A stretch of 64,000 bases of DNA. Source: Chryseobacterium gleum. Its GTDB lineage: Bacteria; Bacteroidota; Bacteroidia; Flavobacteriales_D; Crocinitomicaceae. Below the pieces are notes generated by a model. That model did no database searches, was not told the origin of the DNA, and saw nothing but the letters and a program-made list of their open reading frames with translations. Made by a program: the position numbers and the translations under genes. The DNA is taken from positions 34,570 to 98,569 of the forward strand of contig CAMAXI010000008.1 in assembly GCA_945862165.1 (NCBI GenBank), given 5' to 3'. This document shows, one piece after another, positions 59,652-64,000 of this stretch; positions within the stretch are counted from its first letter, which is position 1; each line of letters begins with the position of its first letter.

Positions 59652-60719
59652 ATGTCTATTACAAGAGAAGAAATACTAAATGTACTTTCGAATGTCATTG
59701 AACCTGACTTAAAAAAAGACATAGTATCCGCTAATTTAGTCGAGAAAATTGAGTTTAATGATACAAAAATTCACCTAGAAGTTTTCGTTTCAAACCCAGC
59801 TCTTCACGCAAGAAAAAGACTGCAAGAACTCATCGAATACAATCTTAAAAATGTATTTGGAAAAGATTTAGAATACACAACAATCGTGAAAGGTCTTCCT
59901 GCAGAAAGCATCGCAGCTAGAAGAAAAATTTTACCTGACGTTAAATACATAATTGCCATTGCTTCTGGAAAAGGAGGAGTTGGTAAATCAACAGTAACTG
60001 CAAATCTTGCAGGTGGTTTAACCAAAGCTGGTTTTAAAGTCGGTATTGTAGATGCGGATATTTACGGACCTTCCATGCCTACCATGTTCGATGTTGTTGG
60101 TGAACGTCCTACCATGATCGACATCGAAGGTGAGAGTAAAATTAATCCAGTAGAAAATCACGGAATCAAGCTTTTATCGATTGGTTTTTTCACAGATCAA
60201 GATAACGCAGTAGTTTGGAGAGGCCCGATGGCGGCAAAAGCATTGACACAGTTATTTACCGACGCACACTGGGGAGAGTTAGATTTCTTGTTGATCGACT
60301 TACCTCCTGGTACTGGTGATATACATTTATCGCTTGTGCAAACAGTTCCTTTAGACGGAGCGGTAATTGTAAGTACTCCTCAAGAAATAGCACTTGCAGA
60401 TGCTAGAAAAGGAGTGAATATGTTTAAATTAGAGAACATTAATGTACCTGTTTTAGGCTTAATAGAAAATATGGCATGGTTTACACCTGCTGAATTACCA
60501 GATAATAAATACTATATTTTTGGAAGAGATGGTGCGAAAAATTTAGCAGAAGGAATGAATATTCCATTTCTTGGCCATATACCATTAGTGCAATCTGTAC
60601 GTGAAGCTGGAGATGTTGGAAGACCTGCAGTTTTCCAGGAAAACACACCAACTTCGCAAGCCTTTGACGAATTAACCCAATCTTTTTTGACTACATTAGA
60701 ATCCTTTAAGAAAAAATAA
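59652..60719 (+). CDS. Mrp/NBP35 (ApbC) family iron-sulfur cluster carrier ATPase
   Basis: N-terminal DUF59-like domain. Deviant Walker A ASGKGGVGKST. CxxC-less Bacteroidetes form with conserved DLPPGTGD. Confidence 0.9.
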   Translation: MSITREEILNVLSNVIEPDLKKDIVSANLVEKIEFNDTKIHLEVFVSNPALHARKRLQELIEYNLKNVFGKDLEYTTIVKGLPAESIAARRKILPDVKYIIAIASGKGGVGKSTVTANLAGGLTKAGFKVGIVDADIYGPSMPTMFDVVGERPTMIDIEGESKINPVENHGIKLLSIGFFTDQDNAVVWRGPMAAKALTQLFTDAHWGELDFLLIDLPPGTGDIHLSLVQTVPLDGAVIVSTPQEIALADARKGVNMFKLENINVPVLGLIENMAWFTPAELPDNKYYIFGRDGAKNLAEGMNIPFLGHIPLVQSVREAGDVGRPAVFQENTPTSQAFDELTQSFLTTLESFKKK

Positions 60720-60720
60720 A

Positions 60721-60978
60721 ATGCATACGCACGAAGAATTGATAGCAATAGTAAAGGTTTCCATTGAACAATTAAGACCTTTTCTCAAGGATGATGGTGG
60801 TGACATGGAATTAATTGACATAACAGAAGAAGGAATCGTTCGCGTTAAACTACTTGGCGCATGTAGTTCTTGCTCTATGAGTGTCATGACTCTCAAAGCG
60901 GGACTCGAAGAAGCGTTAATAAAAGTAACTCCACAGATTAAAGGCGTTATATCCATTGATGATTTAGAACTTGTATAA
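60721..60978 (+). CDS. NifU C-terminal-domain (Nfu-like) protein
   Basis: 85 aa. DGGD.EL....E..V.V.L.GAC.SC..S..TLK motif. Confidence 0.85.
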   Translation: MHTHEELIAIVKVSIEQLRPFLKDDGGDMELIDITEEGIVRVKLLGACSSCSMSVMTLKAGLEEALIKVTPQIKGVISIDDLELV

Positions 60979-61013
60979 CACAAAAGGCTGCCTAATTAGA
61001 CAGCCTTTTGTGT
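60978..61013. terminator. Long perfect hairpin, probable bidirectional terminator
   Basis: ACACAAAAGGCTG (60978-60990) pairs perfectly with CAGCCTTTTGTGT (61001-61013), between the convergent nifU-like and sod genes. Confidence 0.7.
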
Positions 61014-61049
61014 TATATAGAAAATAAATTTCTACTAATCTGATCTACA

Positions 61050-61649
61050 TTATTTTGCTGCAGCAAATTTTTCTGCTACAATAGTCCAATTAATTACATT
61101 AAAAAACGCATTGATATAATCAGGTCTTCTATTTTGGTAATTTAAATAGTAAGCATGTTCCCAAACATCCATTGCTAAAATTGGTGTTCCAGTACAACCT
61201 TCACCCATCAACGGATTATCTTGATTTGGCGTAGAACAAACTACTAATTTTCCACCTTCAACACATAACCAAGCCCATCCAGATCCGAAACGAGTTGCTC
61301 CAGCTTTAGCGAACTCTTCTTTAAAAGATTCAAACGAACCAAAAGTAGCATCAATTGCAGAAGCTAATTCACCTGTTGGTAGTCCTCCTGCATTAGGAGC
61401 CATTACTTCCCAAAATAAATTATGATTCCATAAACCACCACCATTATTTCTAACTGCTGGTTTGTCTTTGCACACTTGCATGATTTCTTCAATCGTTTTA
61501 CCTTCTAAATCTGTACCAGCGATAGCAGCATTTAAATTAGTAATATACGCTTGGTGGTGTTTAGAATGGTGTATCTCCATTGTTCTTGCATCGATATGTG
61601 GTTCCAAAGCATCGTATGCGTAAGGTAATTTAGGTAATTCAAAAGCCAT
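61050..61649 (-). CDS. Fe/Mn-family superoxide dismutase
   Basis: [22 protein letters not shown] and DVWEHAYYL motifs. 199 aa. Confidence 0.95.
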   Translation of the reverse strand: MAFELPKLPYAYDALEPHIDARTMEIHHSKHHQAYITNLNAAIAGTDLEGKTIEEIMQVCKDKPAVRNNGGGLWNHNLFWEVMAPNAGGLPTGELASAIDATFGSFESFKEEFAKAGATRFGSGWAWLCVEGGKLVVCSTPNQDNPLMGEGCTGTPILAMDVWEHAYYLNYQNRRPDYINAFFNVINWTIVAEKFAAAK

Positions 61650-61751
61650 AATAATTGATTTAAAATTTGATGCTAAAATTACATAGTTTTTCGAATATGC
61701 CTAACATGGTTCGTAAAAAAACCTTAATTTTAACCTACCAAATTTTACACC

Positions 61752-61937
61752 ATGAAAAAAACTGTTTATATCGTTGGAATTCTTTTGTTTTCTCTTATTA
61801 GCGCTTGTTCTGAAGCTCCACAACCAAAAAAACCAGCACCTAAAAAAGTAGAAATGTCCGAAGAAGATAAAGCATTAGAAAAAGAAATGCAAGAATTAGA
61901 TGAAGATGTTGAAGCTTTAGAAACCCTAAAAAAATAG
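61752..61937 (+). CDS. Small hypothetical lipoprotein
   Basis: Lipobox LISAC, then a charged K/E-rich tail. 61 aa. Lies 2 nt upstream of the next gene. Confidence 0.4.
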   Translation: MKKTVYIVGILLFSLISACSEAPQPKKPAPKKVEMSEEDKALEKEMQELDEDVEALETLKK

Positions 61938-61939
61938 AT

Positions 61940-62374
61940 ATGGAAATTTTAAAACACGCACATTCTGGTCTACGTTGGGTAGCATTAATATTATTAATTA
62001 TCGCAATTGTAAATGCTTTTTCAAAAAAAGGTGTTTCGCTATATTTGAAAAAAGATAAAATGATTAATCTCTTCACGATGATATCTTTACATACGCAATT
62101 GTTACTCGGTTTAATTTTATATTTCACAAGCGATAAAGTAAAATTTATAGAGGGATGGATGAAACAACCAATGCTTCGATTTTACGGGATGGAACATTTT
62201 GTGATGATGTTAGCTGCTTTAGTTATCGTAACTATTGGACGTAAAAAAGCAGAAAAAATAGAAGCTCCATATTCTAAACATCAAACAATTGGAAAATGGT
62301 ATTTAATTGGTTTACTAATTATTTTAGCTGCAATTCCATGGCCATTTAGAAATTTGGGCGCGGGATGGTTCTAA
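61940..62374 (+). CDS. Hypothetical four-TM membrane protein
   Basis: 144 aa with four hydrophobic segments. Conserved-looking HSGLRW start. No firm family call. Confidence 0.5.
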   Translation: MEILKHAHSGLRWVALILLIIAIVNAFSKKGVSLYLKKDKMINLFTMISLHTQLLLGLILYFTSDKVKFIEGWMKQPMLRFYGMEHFVMMLAALVIVTIGRKKAEKIEAPYSKHQTIGKWYLIGLLIILAAIPWPFRNLGAGWF

Positions 62375-62703
62375 AAGGATTTTTCATTGCACTTGTTGTA
62401 TTACCTTTATTATCATCGTGTACAACAAATTCATCTAAAACTAACTTTGAACAAACTTCACCAACGACAGAAATTAATGCGAAAGCATTGTATACGCTTC
62501 ATTGTGAAGCCTGTCACGGAATGGATGGCGCAAAAGGAATTTCAGGTGCTGCAAACTTAAAGATTAGTAAAATTACCGATAGTCAAATTCAATATACTAT
62601 TGAAAATGGCAACGAAAAAGGTATGATGCCTTTTAAAGATATTATCAGTTCAAAAAAAGAAATAGACGCTTTAGTCATTTTTGTTAAATCCTTGAGAAAT
62701 TAA
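62365..62703 (+). CDS. Class I c-type cytochrome (lipoprotein)
   Basis: Lipobox LLSSC. Haem motif CEACHG and a distal Met (GMMPF). Confidence 0.75.
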   Translation: MVLKGFFIALVVLPLLSSCTTNSSKTNFEQTSPTTEINAKALYTLHCEACHGMDGAKGISGAANLKISKITDSQIQYTIENGNEKGMMPFKDIISSKKEIDALVIFVKSLRN

Positions 62704-63902
62704 TGGAAGAAGGACATGTTGTTGTAGATCATGTAGAGGAGACTTGTATCATAGTTGGAGTAGTTACACAAAAAACAAGTGACGAAACTGCTAATGAATA
62801 CCTAGACGAACTTGAATTCCTAGCACATACTGCGGGTGCAATTACTGTAAAAAGATTTTTGCAGAAATTACCGATGCAGAACCCTAAAACATTTGTAGGT
62901 ACTGGGAAATTGGAGGAAATAAAGGAATATATCAAGCGAGAAAAAATCGAAATGGTCATTTTTGATGATGAACTTTCTCCTTCCCAATTACGAAATATTG
63001 AACGTGAGTTAGAGTGTAAAATTCTTGACCGAAACATTTTAATACTAGATATTTTCGCTAGTCGCGCAAGAACCTCCCATGCTAAAACACAGGTTGAACT
63101 CGCGCAATTACAATATATGCTTCCAAGACTTACACGTATGTGGACTCACCTTGAAAGACAAAAAGGTGGAATTGGGTTACGTGGTCCTGGTGAATCTCAA
63201 ATTGAGAGCGATAGACGAGTTATTCAAATGCGTATTTCTTTAATGAAAGAAAAATTGCAAGAAATTGACAAACAAATGTCTATTCAAAGAGGGAACCGAG
63301 GTCAATTAGTACGTGTTGCACTAGTAGGATATACCAATGTTGGAAAAAGTACGATTATGAATCTTATCAGTAAATCCGAGGTTTTTGCTGAAAATAAATT
63401 ATTTGCAACACTTGATACTACTGTTCGAAAAGTGGTAATTGAAAACTTACCTTTTCTTTTAACAGATACAGTAGGGTTTATTCGAAAATTACCTCACCAA
63501 CTCATCGAATCTTTCAAATCTACACTTGATGAAGTAAGAGAAGCGGATTTATTGATTCATGTATTAGACATTTCCCATGCTAATTTTGAAGATCAATTTA
63601 ATGTCGTAAATGAAACATTAGCTGAAATTGACAATTCCGAAAAGCCTACCATCATTGTTTTTAATAAAATTGACGCTTTTACTTACGTAGAAAAAGACGA
63701 AGACGACTTAAGCCCAAATTCTCGGGAAAATATTTCTTTAGAAGAATTAAAAAAGACTTGGATGTCAAAAATGAACAATGAAAATTGTGTTTTTATCTCT
63801 GCAGAAAATAAAGATAACATCGAAGAATTTAAGACGGTTGTTTATGAAAAGGTAAAAGAGATTTTTAAAATTCGTTATCCTTACCATCATTTTTTATATT
63901 AA
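62703..63902 (+). CDS. hflX: GTPase HflX
   Basis: HflX N-domain, GPGE.Q.E.DRR and the G-domain GYTNVGKST...DTVGF...NKID. Confidence 0.9.
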   Translation: MEEGHVVVDHVEETCIIVGVVTQKTSDETANEYLDELEFLAHTAGAITVKRFLQKLPMQNPKTFVGTGKLEEIKEYIKREKIEMVIFDDELSPSQLRNIERELECKILDRNILILDIFASRARTSHAKTQVELAQLQYMLPRLTRMWTHLERQKGGIGLRGPGESQIESDRRVIQMRISLMKEKLQEIDKQMSIQRGNRGQLVRVALVGYTNVGKSTIMNLISKSEVFAENKLFATLDTTVRKVVIENLPFLLTDTVGFIRKLPHQLIESFKSTLDEVREADLLIHVLDISHANFEDQFNVVNETLAEIDNSEKPTIIVFNKIDAFTYVEKDEDDLSPNSRENISLEELKKTWMSKMNNENCVFISAENKDNIEEFKTVVYEKVKEIFKIRYPYHHFLY

Positions 63903-64000
63903 TTGAAAAATAAAATCTTTTCGGTTACAGACTCTAATTTCGAAGAAATTGCACTTGAAGTATTTGAATTTCAATACCGAAATAATCCTATATATAAACG
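63903..64000 (+). CDS. Possible 5' end of a CDS running off the window (faint resemblance to LuxE-type acyl-protein synthetase N-termini)
   Basis: TTG at 63903 opens (M)KNKIFSVTDSNFEEIALEVFEFQYRNNPIYK with no stop before the window ends. Only 32 codons are visible, so the call is weak. Confidence 0.25.
   Translation, partial: MKNKIFSVTDSNFEEIALEVFEFQYRNNPIYK

Noticed and set aside
60978-61013. The terminator stem ACACAAAAGG/CCTTTTGTGT resembles the CACAAAG word of the 41893-42036 island.
   Set aside because: It is a single clean hairpin between convergent genes with flanking runs, which behaves like an ordinary bidirectional terminator. The resemblance to the word is only partial (there is an extra A), so I did not count it as a fifth island.
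1-64000. Looked for CRISPR arrays, tRNA/rRNA genes, IS elements, integrases, phage genes, toxin-antitoxin pairs and known defence systems.
   Set aside because: There are no regularly spaced identical repeats and no tRNA-like acceptor/T-arm signatures in the intergenic gaps. No ORF carries transposase, integrase, nuclease-NTPase defence or toxin-antitoxin motifs that I can recognise.

Overview
This is an AT-rich chromosomal segment that reads as Bacteroidota, most likely class Flavobacteriia. Four predicted secreted proteins end in T9SS C-terminal sorting domains, gldF-gldG are present, and many genes sit 15-35 nt downstream of the Bacteroidetes TAnnTTTG -7 promoter box.

The content is overwhelmingly housekeeping:
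- Core genes: thrS-infC-rpmI-rplT, tgt, an LptF/G permease, dnaN, recG, murA, grpE-dnaJ, hflX, a superoxide dismutase, Mrp/NifU Fe-S carriers, pruA, yidD, a fused E1 ketoacid dehydrogenase and DPP-IV.
- Beta-oxidation set: a PaaI-like thioesterase, a bifunctional 3-hydroxyacyl-CoA dehydrogenase/hydratase, a thiolase and an acyl-CoA dehydrogenase.
- A paaABCD epoxidase operon facing two tandem paaE-like reductases.

I recognised no rRNA, tRNA, CRISPR array, transposase or integrase, and no defence or toxin system. I cannot honestly point to a convincing new multi-gene protein system in this window.

The most unusual signal is non-coding. Four loci share one architecture: several direct copies of a locus-specific 6-11 nt word, followed by inverted copies of the same word.
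- One locus brackets a four-helix-bundle (23S rRNA IVS protein / Avd-like) gene wedged between the dehydrogenase and thiolase genes.
- The other three (after paaD, between the esterase pair and the DUF4290 gene, and between murA and grpE) carry no gene.
- One has perfect 11-bp terminal inverted repeats. Another folds on paper into a roughly 73-nt three-way junction.

Other points worth a second look:
- Two T9SS cargo genes split the beta-oxidation cluster.
- The paaE-like reductases and the esterases each occur as a tandem pair.
- Lectin-like genes are packed tightly against gldFG.
- A cytochrome c module is start/stop-coupled to hflX.
- Several candidate operators lie in promoter regions.

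All protein family calls come from motif recognition by eye on the supplied translations. No database search or folding calculation was run.
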